Origin: a virus
Lineage: Duplodnaviria; Caudoviricetes
DNA length: 53,186 nt
Virus record (IMG/VR): IMGVR_UViG_3300034631_000070
Span: 1 to 53,186 of that record
Strand: one strand, 5' to 3'
The position numbers and the translations under genes were made by a program. The notes under the pieces are model-generated. The model saw only the letters and a list, made by a program, of their open reading frames with translations. It did no database searches and was not told the origin of the DNA. Shown here one piece after another: positions 9,901 through 18,518 of this stretch. How positions within the stretch are numbered: the stretch's first letter is position 1; the number at the start of each line of letters is the position of its first letter.

Positions 9901-11686
9901 CAACTGCTACTTGGATGGCATAGGACTTCAGTACTCCAGTATTTGCGAACACTTTGTCCTTGATGACATCGAAGCCTCCTGCAAAGTTGATTAAGGCTGG
10001 AATAGCTTTGAAAATTGAGGCAATGAGAAGAGCATCAAGAGTTGTAGAGAAAAGCTCTTCATTGGCTGTAGCAACGTCTAAAGCACCGGAGAACATATTG
10101 AGTGCTGGAGTTCCCACTTCCACCCAAGCTTTCCCCATTTCGACTTGCAGAGATTGAAGGGAATTATTGAAGCGGTTTACTGATGCTTCAGCACTCTGGC
10201 TAGCTCCTACAACCCCTGTCTGCGTATTAGCTGCTAGCTGAGCCGTGAACTTTGGAATGAAATCCTCTGAGGCGACTGCCCCAGTGGAAATCAGTCCACG
10301 CAGCTCGCCCGTAGTAACGCCCAAAGCCTGCGATGCTGCTTGGAATGCACCGGGAAGCCGTTCTGATAATTGATTAAGTTCTTCAAGCTGAATCGTTCCA
10401 CCGCTCAAACTTTGACGCAGAGCAAGAAATACGCCTTCAGTCTCGGCGGCTGAAAGTCTCATGACTGCTGATGCTTGAGCAACATCCTGAAATATTTGCT
10501 TGGTTTTTTCCCCTTTGAGATTGGTTAACTGAGCGGCAGCAGAAAGTTGAGCAAAGCCCTCAGCCGAAGCATTGAAGTCAGTTCCTAAATCGTTAGAGAC
10601 CTTGCGAAGAAACTCTAAATCTTCTGACACGCCCCTAGCTGAACTAGAAGTTACATCTAAGCGATTGGCTAGATTTTCGGCTGCTTTTGCAGCATTGAAA
10701 TTTTGCTCTAGATCGCCAAAAAACTGATCAAAGATATCGCTTGCTGTCTGCCAGGAACTAAAAAGTGTACCTGCATCTGCTATATCTTTAAGTCCGGCTC
10801 GGAATTTTTCTAGAGCAGACTTGCTTTTATCAGCGGTCTTGCCAAATTCATTGAGGGCGGACTGCCCTAGCCCCAAGCCACTACGGGCAGTTCCTGCCGC
10901 AGACTGGACATGCCCAAATGCTTGGGACATTCCGGTAGCCGCTTTTTCAACTTTTTCTGCTGATTCGACATATTCTCCAAGAACTGAGGTGCCTAATCGA
11001 AAATCGGCACCTAGGGACTGAAGAAGATCGCCAGCGGTCGCTAAAGCAGGATGTAGAGATTTAATACGGGCGATCGCCTTTTCAATTCCATCGTCGATCA
11101 GCTTTGCTAAGGAAGTTAGAACATCCTTGACGAGATCTGCATTATTTGCAATGCCAATGAAGAAAGTACTGGCAGCATTGGCTTTCCCTTGAATATTTGC
11201 CAAAGCATCATCGATCCCTTGGATGCCAAGCGTAATTCCCTGTAGTGCAGGCAGAGCCAATTTAACAGCATTGTCAGCCCCCGAAGCTAGCCCATATAGG
11301 CTATTGAGCTGTCCTAACCCCACTTGCTCCAGCATTCCCTGCTGAATTCCAGCAAGCGGCCCCTCGAACAAATCCTCTTTAAGAAAGGCAGCAATATTGC
11401 CTAACTCTAGAATTCCGATTTGTCCAACCGCTTGGAATCCTTTTTCTAGGTTGCCTAGTAGAAGTTCTGTGGTGCTTAATCCTGTGTTAAGGCGCTCAAT
11501 ATCGTTGGCAATACCAACGAAAAATGCTTGCGAAAAAGTGACAGCCGCAGTTGCAGGAAAAGCTCCCAAAAACATGCCGCTGATGGCGGACGCTGTATCT
11601 GCTGCCTCAGAACGAACTTGTCTGAGAGCATTTTGAATTGGTGCCCCATCAGCGGATAGAGTTAGCTGTAGCTGCCCTAGTTCCAT
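6929..11686 (-). CDS. Tape measure protein
   Basis: 1585 aa, helical/coiled-coil; MELGQLQLTLSAD start; tape-measure motif RQSLSGGTIQLEELNQLSERLPGA. Confidence 0.95.
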   Translation of the reverse strand: MELGQLQLTLSADGAPIQNALRQVRSEAADTASAISGMFLGAFPATAAVTFSQAFFVGIANDIERLNTGLSTTELLLGNLEKGFQAVGQIGILELGNIAAFLKEDLFEGPLAGIQQGMLEQVGLGQLNSLYGLASGADNAVKLALPALQGITLGIQGIDDALANIQGKANAASTFFIGIANNADLVKDVLTSLAKLIDDGIEKAIARIKSLHPALATAGDLLQSLGADFRLGTSVLGEYVESAEKVEKAATGMSQAFGHVQSAAGTARSGLGLGQSALNEFGKTADKSKSALEKFRAGLKDIADAGTLFSSWQTASDIFDQFFGDLEQNFNAAKAAENLANRLDVTSSSARGVSEDLEFLRKVSNDLGTDFNASAEGFAQLSAAAQLTNLKGEKTKQIFQDVAQASAVMRLSAAETEGVFLALRQSLSGGTIQLEELNQLSERLPGAFQAASQALGVTTGELRGLISTGAVASEDFIPKFTAQLAANTQTGVVGASQSAEASVNRFNNSLQSLQVEMGKAWVEVGTPALNMFSGALDVATANEELFSTTLDALLIASIFKAIPALINFAGGFDVIKDKVFANTGVLKSYAIQVAVAYAAIETFYRIMDRVKNGAEGFDTSIKSIELSLESLTSTASKTGQTIKDVLPQEPAPTDWLDALVRKWNDLPFLSKNLDEKFGLNKLLDIPTNAQKRLDDIRIAIADLGEVSGKTADAARQLREQFKFGQGPLAELKAIDSQLKSLEAQKLSINPENEGAIKKLAEDEKQLLQQRVEAQKQVQATQAALNNAITQTEQRLKAIDPANVGVKAAQELSGQLQIQLNVLTKEKTAFDELANTATNTAQVISNDFAKATSDLEQNFVSARAAIIQAQAEGRLSEEQANQQSLEAEKNYLSEKLRLNQENLEKIRAELNRDVVTKKIDSTAGLSTDQQKKLAEEVKQLEQETAQTRIELAQQVVREKKAAEEEMLEALRRANSEAEAVIQRTETDRIAAIKRQQLAGQIGEEQATQKIEQIKTDSLNAELAQIKKQISEVAKLRASGSLSVEEAKAKELELNQKLSDANLQFLDRELKQREEVKRKAEQLAEEEKRKAEEYARKQEQLAEEARRRAEEAKRQQLEQIEEVNKRAESAIRQSTDQQIIAVKRLQLARQISEEEGQKHIEQIQANATQKEIAATQQKLAQVNQLKMSGLLTQKEATEQQLQLEEQLGQLNLQQIDRQLQAQKLLEEEQKRSQEERLRNIEQETEARRNQIELDQQANDIIANARKSQLDLLNAQLNLAGALGSLEEQRLEIKLAEASSDAEKFQIEQQLSAIKLNNLNESQAIQRQIFELSQSQNAIEANRAVLMAQIAELEAQAALEKAKAAKASQAELDSLEKALSLRQQISSQMQQAYEQQGKLRDMERQALQANQQREKERLEADIRAKEKKTKEVTSSTAGGAGGSSTSKPTSSYSLVVGSAQWEQERRARSQFEQTLQKPGDQQLNLLHSATSMRENPFFSLMLQQNGMGNINELANQFRDMNPIKAASVEMRSAISGKDAIEELKKLNEGIQSLAARPSTLQVNAVNPVKDAGRIYSNLSRNAARGAGL

Positions 11687-11687
11687 G

Positions 11688-12059
11688 TCACCTCAACTGC
11701 TGGCGATACAAAACAGCAAAGGTTTCTTGGACATTCATCTCTTGCTGAGCAATTTGCGTCCAGGGTCTACCTGGTATCTGAGTGCCGTTTTTTGTGACAT
11801 ACCCCTCGTGAACTGGAGCGGCGTATTCGAGGCTCCAAGCAAAAACGGCTTCTGTTGGGCTGGCAAATACCATCTGCTGGGAAGATCGCAGCCTGCCAGT
11901 ATCCACAATGTCGAGGGGGCCGCTCCAGCCAGCCCACGTTCTCGGCTCGGTAATGACTTCAGAAAACTTGCGCCCTAACAACAAAGCTGTTTCTGCAAAA
12001 GCTTTTTCAGTGGCAGCGTTGATCGCCCCGACGTTTATAGTGAGCTTGTAGTTTGTCAT
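11688..12059 (-). CDS. Tail completion/neck protein (HK97 gp10-like)
   Basis: Motifs VDTGRLRSS, YAAPVHEG, PGRPW. Confidence 0.75.
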   Translation of the reverse strand: MTNYKLTINVGAINAATEKAFAETALLLGRKFSEVITEPRTWAGWSGPLDIVDTGRLRSSQQMVFASPTEAVFAWSLEYAAPVHEGYVTKNGTQIPGRPWTQIAQQEMNVQETFAVLYRQQLR

Positions 12060-12846
12060 TACTTTGCGGCGGATTGGATTTGTTCGATGTCTAAGTAGCC
12101 TGTTACCCAGGTTGGGATTTTTGCTTCCTTAGCAAGTTTTAAAAATGTTCTGGCAGCAGCAGGAGAGATAAGCTCTTTGCACATCTGCTCATACAGTGCC
12201 TGCCCGTACGGGTTGAACATGCTCGATTTGACTTTCTTGGCTCCCTTGAGAGCGCAGATTGCCAATGCGGCTTGAGCAACGGGAGTTGCCTGCATATTGG
12301 CAACTTCTAACTGGTGCTGGTTAAATGCCGCTAGAGCCTGCTCTATGAGCAGGATGGGGCATCTGCCAAAGTTCTTGGCGTTGAAGCGTTCTTCGTTTGG
12401 AAATGCCAGTTTTAGCCGCCAGTAGATTTCGTTCCACTCGAAGGTTTTTTTGGGGCTGAATCCTTCTGTTCTACGCTGACCTTACCCCGGTTCATTTCGT
12501 GGGTTGCCCAAAAGTCAAACAGTTTTTCTAGCAAGAGCATTCCCCCAATTACTTTTCCTTGGGGTAAATCCCAGACTCTGGCAAGAGTCTTTTCCCGGTT
12601 CCAGTTAGGGTCTAACCGTGACTTGATAACTACGGTACAAACGTCGATTTTGAGGTCTAGATCAGCCTCAATATCCTGGTTTTTGATTTTCTCTCGATCT
12701 ATGGCGCTGTAAATGCGGCGAAATTCACGTTCTTCGCAAACAGTCGAGCAACCATACCTGGGAAGCACAAGCTTGCCACAGCCAGGGGCAGATATTTCTT
12801 CATGCTCTTCGCCAAATAGAGTCTCATAGGGTTCTGTTTCTGACAC
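12059..12846 (-). CDS. Tail assembly chaperone G (12412-12846) and -1 frameshift product GT (ending 12059)
   Basis: Slippery C CCA AAA AAA at 12454-12445; the -1 frame is open from there into ORF 12059..12295. Confidence 0.85.
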
Positions 12847-13042
12847 GCTTTATCTCCACGTCGTATGCGGGTGTTTCAATATTTGGGAAAAAGACCTGAT
12901 ACTTTTCTTTGGTGTCAGGATCTGTCAGTTCGCACTCCTCAAGTGCCTCGTTAACCACGAGGATGCCGATCAAAATACTGTCACTTCCAATTTCGCAGTG
13001 ACAAGCAAAAACAGCTTTGCTTTTGAGGAGTGAAACGAACAT
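12824..13042 (-). CDS. Small hypothetical tail-region protein
   Basis: TAATG coupling to the tail tube gene. Confidence 0.6.
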   Translation of the reverse strand: MFVSLLKSKAVFACHCEIGSDSILIGILVVNEALEECELTDPDTKEKYQVFFPNIETPAYDVEIKRVRNRTL

Positions 13043-13731
13043 TAAGCAACAGCTAGAGGCGAAACCTCCAGGACATCGCCAACGAAGGATGCATTCAAAT
13101 CCATCGTCACGAAGTTATCTGTTGGTGCGGAATCGGGCGCACCCGTAATAAGACCTGCTCCTTCAATTACGCGCCCCGTGCTGAAGGCATCGCTAGGAGG
13201 TGGAAGTTCGCGCCGAATCCAAATCGGGATTCCTTGATCTGCTGCGTGCAGGCAAGTAATCAATCCAGCATTCTTTTCGTAGTAAATACCAGGAAGGGAA
13301 ATGTTCTTCTCAGAACCTGTCGATACACCGTCTCTGGTGCCTCCATCATCATAATGATTGACAGAAGCCATGTTGTAGGAGCGATCAACACCGGAATCGG
13401 TGCGATCCCACATTTTGACGGGGAACTGGGCAGTTGCCCCAGGGGGAATAGCTTCGTCCAGTGCCCGAACGCTTAAAGCTGTCGATGTTGGTTTTGCGGA
13501 GACGACGGCAATAAACTCGTTACCGTCCTCGTCCACAAACAAAAGCCGTTGTCCTGACTGAATAACATTAGTCGGAGCGCCAGCTAGAGTAATTGTTGTT
13601 GCTCCTTTGGCGGGGCCAGCGGCTCCGATGGCGAGGGTTTCTGGAGTGGGCTTGATGCGATCGCCCGGTTTTTTGCCGAGCAGCGCGATTGTGATTTTTA
13701 CATCTTTGCCTCTGATAGGCGGATGTGCCAT
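13042..13731 (-). CDS. Major tail tube protein
   Basis: Between terminator-like gene and chaperones; beta-rich C-terminus GAGLITG..DSAPTDNFVTMDLNASFVG. Confidence 0.75.
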   Translation of the reverse strand: MAHPPIRGKDVKITIALLGKKPGDRIKPTPETLAIGAAGPAKGATTITLAGAPTNVIQSGQRLLFVDEDGNEFIAVVSAKPTSTALSVRALDEAIPPGATAQFPVKMWDRTDSGVDRSYNMASVNHYDDGGTRDGVSTGSEKNISLPGIYYEKNAGLITCLHAADQGIPIWIRRELPPPSDAFSTGRVIEGAGLITGAPDSAPTDNFVTMDLNASFVGDVLEVSPLAVA

Positions 13732-14133
13732 TTATTTGCGTCTCCTGATCAAGGGGTGTTCAAGCTCGATAGTTCGGCTTTCGATGTTGTCTAGCTGGCT
13801 AATTGGAAGGATTCGAGGGCGGACAAGACTTATCTCTGGTAGCTGGTCAATTAAGCGATTTGTGGCTTCTACAGTGTCATCATCAGGATTCCATTGGCGC
13901 AGTTCTAAGCGCGATTGATAGATTACAAGGTTGGCTTCTACTAAGGGTTGTAACGGAGATTCATAGGCAAAAATCAGGGTCACTTCTAGTCCCGACGCTT
14001 CAGTTCCTTTCGGCGGATAGCTGGGATGCCAGATACTAATTGCCGGAACAGTTTGCCCATTTGGAAAGGTGTAGGTTCCTAGGAGGTCTGAAAGGATTGC
14101 CTGAATTTTGTCTCGTAGCGTGATCGCATCCAT
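13732..14133 (-). CDS. Probable tail terminator protein
   Basis: Immediately upstream of tail tube; size. Confidence 0.55.
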   Translation of the reverse strand: MDAITLRDKIQAILSDLLGTYTFPNGQTVPAISIWHPSYPPKGTEASGLEVTLIFAYESPLQPLVEANLVIYQSRLELRQWNPDDDTVEATNRLIDQLPEISLVRPRILPISQLDNIESRTIELEHPLIRRRK

Positions 14134-14135
14134 CC

Positions 14136-14528
14136 TCAGACCTGCCTTGTAAAAATGCCGTGAAACTTAGTCCCTGCTTCCCTTTCAAACTCAGGTATAG
14201 GTAAGGTTTGGCGCTTCAAGGTGAACTTCCCTTTTAGCTCTCCGACTTCTGCTTGTGCTATGGCTCCATCTTTAATTGAGGCTGGAAGCTGCATTGGCAG
14301 GACAGCATAGCCAATCATCGGCTCCTCTTTCTCACCAATGCCAGGGAAGAACAGCTCGCGAGGGCGATTATCAGGCTTAAAGTAGCAGTGAACTGTTAGG
14401 GACTCTGTTACTGGAACAGGATTTCCTCTGCTATCGCTCCCCATCTGTGCAGTGGGTACTTGAAAGGTTAAAGTGGCGTTGACCCGGTCTTTAAATGGGG
14501 AGCGGCTAGTCTTGAGTTCTTTGAGCAT
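14136..14528 (-). CDS. Probable head closure/head-tail joining protein
   Basis: Position, size, DSRGNP..E..V.CY pattern. Confidence 0.55.
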   Translation of the reverse strand: MLKELKTSRSPFKDRVNATLTFQVPTAQMGSDSRGNPVPVTESLTVHCYFKPDNRPRELFFPGIGEKEEPMIGYAVLPMQLPASIKDGAIAQAEVGELKGKFTLKRQTLPIPEFEREAGTKFHGIFTRQV

Positions 14529-14952
14529 TGCTCTAACGGTTCCTGGTATCAGTTCAGTTGCTAAAGTTCTTGAAATCGACAGTGAGGTTCATGTTTTGGG
14601 AAGCACCCTAGATAATGGCGAATTTGAGCGCAGCTACGACATTCCAATTAATTTCTCGCTCAAATCAAACGATGTGAATTTAGTAGGAGCGACTTTAGTT
14701 TTTGAAGTCAAACACTACACGAGTGGAATGGCTTCACTTCTTACCACTAAAACAACCTCAGACGATTCAATCAAAATTGTTTCTCAAACGCCTGGGGAAA
14801 TGTCCGCTTCGACAACCCTAGAAAAAACGTTGTTTGATTCATTGCCGTCGTCGAATCCAATTACTTTGAGTTATCGGATTCGAGCAACTGTTGACGGGCT
14901 TGTATTACCCGTTGGTAAGGGAAGTTTTGTTTCTAAACCGGAATCTCCCTAA
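14521..14952 (+). CDS. Antisense-oriented Ig/BppU-like beta-sandwich ORF, start uncertain
   Basis: Fills a 440-bp gap in the late operon; protein-like text (NLVGATLVFEVK..LSYRIRAT..GKGSFV); no early ATG. Confidence 0.55.
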   Translation: MSIALTVPGISSVAKVLEIDSEVHVLGSTLDNGEFERSYDIPINFSLKSNDVNLVGATLVFEVKHYTSGMASLLTTKTTSDDSIKIVSQTPGEMSASTTLEKTLFDSLPSSNPITLSYRIRATVDGLVLPVGKGSFVSKPESP

Positions 14953-14980
14953 CTTCGGACGAACCGAAGTAGTTAGGGAG
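14945..14980. terminator. Inverted repeat spanning both stop codons of two convergent ORFs
   Basis: CTCCCTAACT/AGTTAGGGAG with inner ACTTCGG/CCGAAGT. Confidence 0.55.
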
Positions 14981-15653
14981 GGGAATCAGGGTAGATGCTA
15001 AAGCTGCCTTGATCTTTGAGGGTGTACCGAACTCCCAGCCCATCATCAACCTCTAGCTCAAACCGGAATTCTGTTTCTTTAAAGACTGCCGCTGTATCTG
15101 TTCCGTAAATGAAGACATTAGCGGTTACTAGCTCCTTTCCTGTTTCCGGATCTACTCCCTGAACTGGAACAGTAATCCCTTTCCCTTGGGATTTGGAGAT
15201 GAGCAGCGTTTTTCCTCCGATTTCCACCGTGCTAGCAGCCCGGAAGTAGATTTGGAAATTTGCTAATCTCTCCCCAATAACGCGGACTTGTAAGGTGTAC
15301 AAATCTCCCGCTCTGAGCCTTTGTCCAGCTAAGAAAGTCCCTCCAGCAGAAATTGTGCCTTCTGGCTTCTGCATGGGGTTTAAGTACAGCACCGCTGGCA
15401 CAGATAGGGCAAAAACTGTTTGGACTGGCTGAGGAGCCAACCGATGGTTTCGCTTCAAGGGAACAACTTTGCCATCGCTCTTGAAGCTCAGCGAGGTTGA
15501 CTCAATCTTTCGGATGCGGTTGACGGTTGAAACACTGGTCAGGAAGCTCGTTGCAATTAGTCGAGGTGCGAACTTACGCCGTCGCTTAACCAGTGTGACC
15601 GCAACGGCAAAACTTGAAGAGATAGGAGATGGAGTGATTGCGACGAGGGGCAT
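14973..15653 (-). CDS. Virion accessory protein with C-terminal Ig/BppU-like domain
   Basis: RAGDLYTLQV..F.FELEVD..QGSFSI pattern; abuts upstream gene. Confidence 0.55.
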   Translation of the reverse strand: MPLVAITPSPISSSFAVAVTLVKRRRKFAPRLIATSFLTSVSTVNRIRKIESTSLSFKSDGKVVPLKRNHRLAPQPVQTVFALSVPAVLYLNPMQKPEGTISAGGTFLAGQRLRAGDLYTLQVRVIGERLANFQIYFRAASTVEIGGKTLLISKSQGKGITVPVQGVDPETGKELVTANVFIYGTDTAAVFKETEFRFELEVDDGLGVRYTLKDQGSFSIYPDSPP

Positions 15654-16460
15654 TTAGTCCACCGAGATAGAGAGGGAATTAGCCGCTACAAAAGGGATGT
15701 CGTACTGGTCGATAGATGTGGCAGGGACTTGATTGCGTCCGCAGTAGTTACCCCCGGTCGCATCGTCAAAAAAGATCAGATGGCTAATCAATCCTTGGCT
15801 GCCCGTGCTTTCAGACCATACGATTGGCTGGGCATTAGTTTTTCCCTGACCAGGTAAAACGGCTGGAAAGTAGACGGTATTATTAGCGAAGGCTACTCGC
15901 CCATAGCTAGGCTCAATCGGTTCGGCTCCAGGTGCGGTATCGTTCGGCGTACCTGTGACGTAGCCGACATACCAAGTCGGCGGGATCTGGCGGGGAACGC
16001 CGCCGAATATGTGATCCAGCCATGCATTCTTCACCAGTAGTGAGAAGAAGCCTCCGGGCTGAGCTTGAATAGTAATGCTGCCACTTGGGATTAACAAGCC
16101 ATCATTCATCTGGACTAATTTGGCAGCCGGGAGCTGGGCATAGGCAACGGCGTTCCCTGCAACCGCGCTGTCCCAGATGACTAGATCGACCACTGACCCA
16201 ATGTTCGCAGTAGCTAGGTTGGTTTGGATATCTGCCGTAACGGTTTTGAGTCCGTTAACAGCGGCGGGAAAGTTAGCCAGATTGTTAGCAACTGCTACCC
16301 GCGTCATATTTCCCGAAACGGGTTCTGCTCCCGCCCCCGCTTCACCAGATGCAGTTAGGGTAAATCCGAAGTAGAGCGTGCTGTTGACCGCCCAGTTGAC
16401 TCCCCCTAATTCAGCATTGAGGATTTGAGCTTCTGCCCAATTTGTAAAACTTCCTGGCAT
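15654..16460 (-). CDS. Virion fibre/collar-type protein with two tandem homologous domains
   Basis: FTNWAEAQILNAELGG..RVAVANN..FPA repeated as FSLLVKNAWLDHIFGG..RVAFANN..FPA. Confidence 0.7.
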   Translation of the reverse strand: MPGSFTNWAEAQILNAELGGVNWAVNSTLYFGFTLTASGEAGAGAEPVSGNMTRVAVANNLANFPAAVNGLKTVTADIQTNLATANIGSVVDLVIWDSAVAGNAVAYAQLPAAKLVQMNDGLLIPSGSITIQAQPGGFFSLLVKNAWLDHIFGGVPRQIPPTWYVGYVTGTPNDTAPGAEPIEPSYGRVAFANNTVYFPAVLPGQGKTNAQPIVWSESTGSQGLISHLIFFDDATGGNYCGRNQVPATSIDQYDIPFVAANSLSISVD

Positions 16461-16467
16461 CTTCTTC

Positions 16468-16518
16468 CTTATCTATAGAGCTTGTTTGCTTATCTATAGA
16501 GCTGAACTCTATAGATAA
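16468..16518. repeat. Two direct plus one inverted copy of TTATCTATAGAG
   Basis: CTTATCTATAGAGCT at 16468 and 16489; CTCTATAGATAA at 16507. Confidence 0.85.
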
Positions 16519-16532
16519 CTATTTCCGACCAA

Positions 16533-16892
16533 TCAATAGGCTTGAAATTCCATTGAACTAGTGTGTATTGCTCGATGTCGTCCGATAGGGATGTCCATGT
16601 ATTGAGCAAGTTCATAGGCTTTCGCCAGCTTTAGCTGTTCCATCCCGCTTGTCCGTTGCCCTGGTGCCCACTCGACAACATCAGCTTTTGTAAGAGCGAA
16701 GCTGGTTGAGGATTGCTCTGTAGCGATCGCCTCTTCTAGCTCATCCAGTTTTTCGAGGACAGTTAGCACCATTTGGCACAATAGCTCGGAGCGATTCACT
16801 ATTTCGGCTTTCTCATGTACCTCCCCAATTTTGGAAGGCGCAAGTTTTAGATGCTTGATAACGCGATATTCATCGCTCAGAACTAGAGGCAC
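16533..16892 (-). CDS. Probable head-tail adaptor
   Basis: Helical 119-aa protein after capsid; TKADVVEW motif. Confidence 0.55.
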   Translation of the reverse strand: MPLVLSDEYRVIKHLKLAPSKIGEVHEKAEIVNRSELLCQMVLTVLEKLDELEEAIATEQSSTSFALTKADVVEWAPGQRTSGMEQLKLAKAYELAQYMDIPIGRHRAIHTSSMEFQAY

Positions 16893-17025
16893 GGCTCTCC
16901 TTGGGCTTTGGTGTGGTCGTGACTAAACCTAACCGCTTTGCCATATCTTCAGGAATTTCGACCTCCTCACCCGCTGGATAAATCTTGCCGCCATGAATGT
17001 AGGATTGATCGAGATTAACTTTCAT
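16870..17025 (-). CDS. Small capsid-associated protein, 51 aa (not in ORF track)
   Basis: TAATG overlap with capsid stop; MKVNLDQSYIHGGKIYPAGEEVEIPEDMAKRLGL, typical of small genes after capsids. Confidence 0.7.
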   Translation of the reverse strand: MKVNLDQSYIHGGKIYPAGEEVEIPEDMAKRLGLVTTTPKPKESRASSSER

Positions 17026-18113
17026 TAGCTAATCCCTTTGATGACAGCGATCGCCTCTGGCTCAAGGACAACTGGGAAACTCGTTTGGTATGCTTCTCCT
17101 TCTAAACGAGGCGGCTTATCAGTTTTTGAGACGACATTGATGACTCGACCTGGCCCAGTTTGACCCACCGCCCGACCAATCGCGTAGTATCCCAAAGTGT
17201 CTTGGATTGGCAAAATTTGTCCGTCACCTAAATCAAGATTTTCATCTCTGCCTGTTGAGCAGATGAAAACCATACAGTCATCGGGCAAGAATCGTATTGA
17301 ACCGTTTTGTGTGCGGTATTGTAAATCGTACAGTTCAATGGGGGGAAGTCCGTCTGCTCCAAAAATGGCATCAATAGAGGCTTTCTCCGCGCGACCTGGA
17401 ACTCCCTGAATCTGACCTGTAGGTGAAACCTGAACTCGGCTAGTACGAGTCCGAACCTTGTCATTATTTCCCATGATGCTGGTGACTTTACGCCCCGATA
17501 CAATCCGGCTAACCATATAGCCTTTGGCATAAAGCAGATCAACCATGCTGAAGATATCGACAAAGGGGTCGTAGGTATCGTCTGACCAAGGTGTGACGGC
17601 TGTAACGCGGTGCCCTGCTGGATTGCTGAAGTTAACAATTTCCTGATAGCTGTTGTCGCCCTGACGGACAACTTGGGCGTTGACAATTGCTTCCCAGCGC
17701 TCTTTTTCCGACTTCTCGCCTAATGCTCTGTTGAGGACTACATCTGCCCAATTGGCGACTTGTGCCATTGCTTCCATTGAGCTGCCGCGCCCTAGAAGCT
17801 TGATGAGAGCATCGTATTGTCGCCCATTCAGGTCACGGGCGATGTCGGAGTTGCCCAAGTCAACATCAACGAATCCAATTAAGTCTCCGTCTTTTTTCTG
17901 GGTCGGGCTGTAGCGGGTGCCGTCATTCGCTACAACGGTACGGAATTTCACCTCATCCTCGCGAAACATATTCTCTTCAACTGGACGCTCAGGCAAAATC
18001 TCGGCACCGATATAACGACGGCGAGGAGCTTGAAATTGAGCAAGAGGATTTCGGGCAATTTGAGCAAATTTACCCTCCTCTTGCATCTGACTAACGAGAG
18101 TTAATAAATCCAT
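17025..18113 (-). CDS. Major capsid protein (lambda gpE-like)
   Basis: 362 aa after scaffold and decoration genes; WSDD..DPF.DI; C-terminal FPVVLEPEAIAV. Confidence 0.85.
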   Translation of the reverse strand: MDLLTLVSQMQEEGKFAQIARNPLAQFQAPRRRYIGAEILPERPVEENMFREDEVKFRTVVANDGTRYSPTQKKDGDLIGFVDVDLGNSDIARDLNGRQYDALIKLLGRGSSMEAMAQVANWADVVLNRALGEKSEKERWEAIVNAQVVRQGDNSYQEIVNFSNPAGHRVTAVTPWSDDTYDPFVDIFSMVDLLYAKGYMVSRIVSGRKVTSIMGNNDKVRTRTSRVQVSPTGQIQGVPGRAEKASIDAIFGADGLPPIELYDLQYRTQNGSIRFLPDDCMVFICSTGRDENLDLGDGQILPIQDTLGYYAIGRAVGQTGPGRVINVVSKTDKPPRLEGEAYQTSFPVVLEPEAIAVIKGIS

Positions 18114-18117
18114 CTAA

Positions 18118-18516
18118 TTAGACAACTCCAGTGGTGGTTTGGTATAAAGCGCGAATTTTGTCTTTGAGGGCAGTAGCCATCGTTGCCCAGTCAGGCAAGA
18201 AATTTTCTTTGACTAAGCTGTTGTGGCGGTAAAGCTCGCAATCTGCACAGAAAACGGCATCCGTTACGTCGAACGCCAATAAATAGATTTCCTCATCGGT
18301 GGCAGCGGCTACTCCGAAGCCAGTTCCCGCTGTGCGTTCTGCGAAAGTCCGACCTAGTAATGTGCCGGATTTAATAGGCTTGCGCCCTTCTACATCAGCA
18401 GCAAAATCAGCCGGATTGATGCGTGCCCCGCCTGGAATTAGGGAGTGACGATCTAGAAAGTCCCCTGCCCAAGCTGGCGGAGTAAGTTGAGGGGAGGAAA
18501 AATTAACTCTTGCCAT
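18118..18516 (-). CDS. Head decoration protein
   Basis: KPIKSGTLLGR..YLLAFDV..LP pattern, between scaffold and capsid. Confidence 0.7.
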   Translation of the reverse strand: MARVNFSSPQLTPPAWAGDFLDRHSLIPGGARINPADFAADVEGRKPIKSGTLLGRTFAERTAGTGFGVAAATDEEIYLLAFDVTDAVFCADCELYRHNSLVKENFLPDWATMATALKDKIRALYQTTTGVV

Positions 18517-18518
18517 GT

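Noticed and set aside
1605-13918. Numerous plus-strand ORFs (e.g. 1605..2042, 4223..4825, 8301..8621)
   Set aside because: Antisense shadows of long minus-strand genes with no protein-like motifs
3677-14528. Contractile Mu-type tail
   Set aside because: No sheath, baseplate wedge or spike genes recognised
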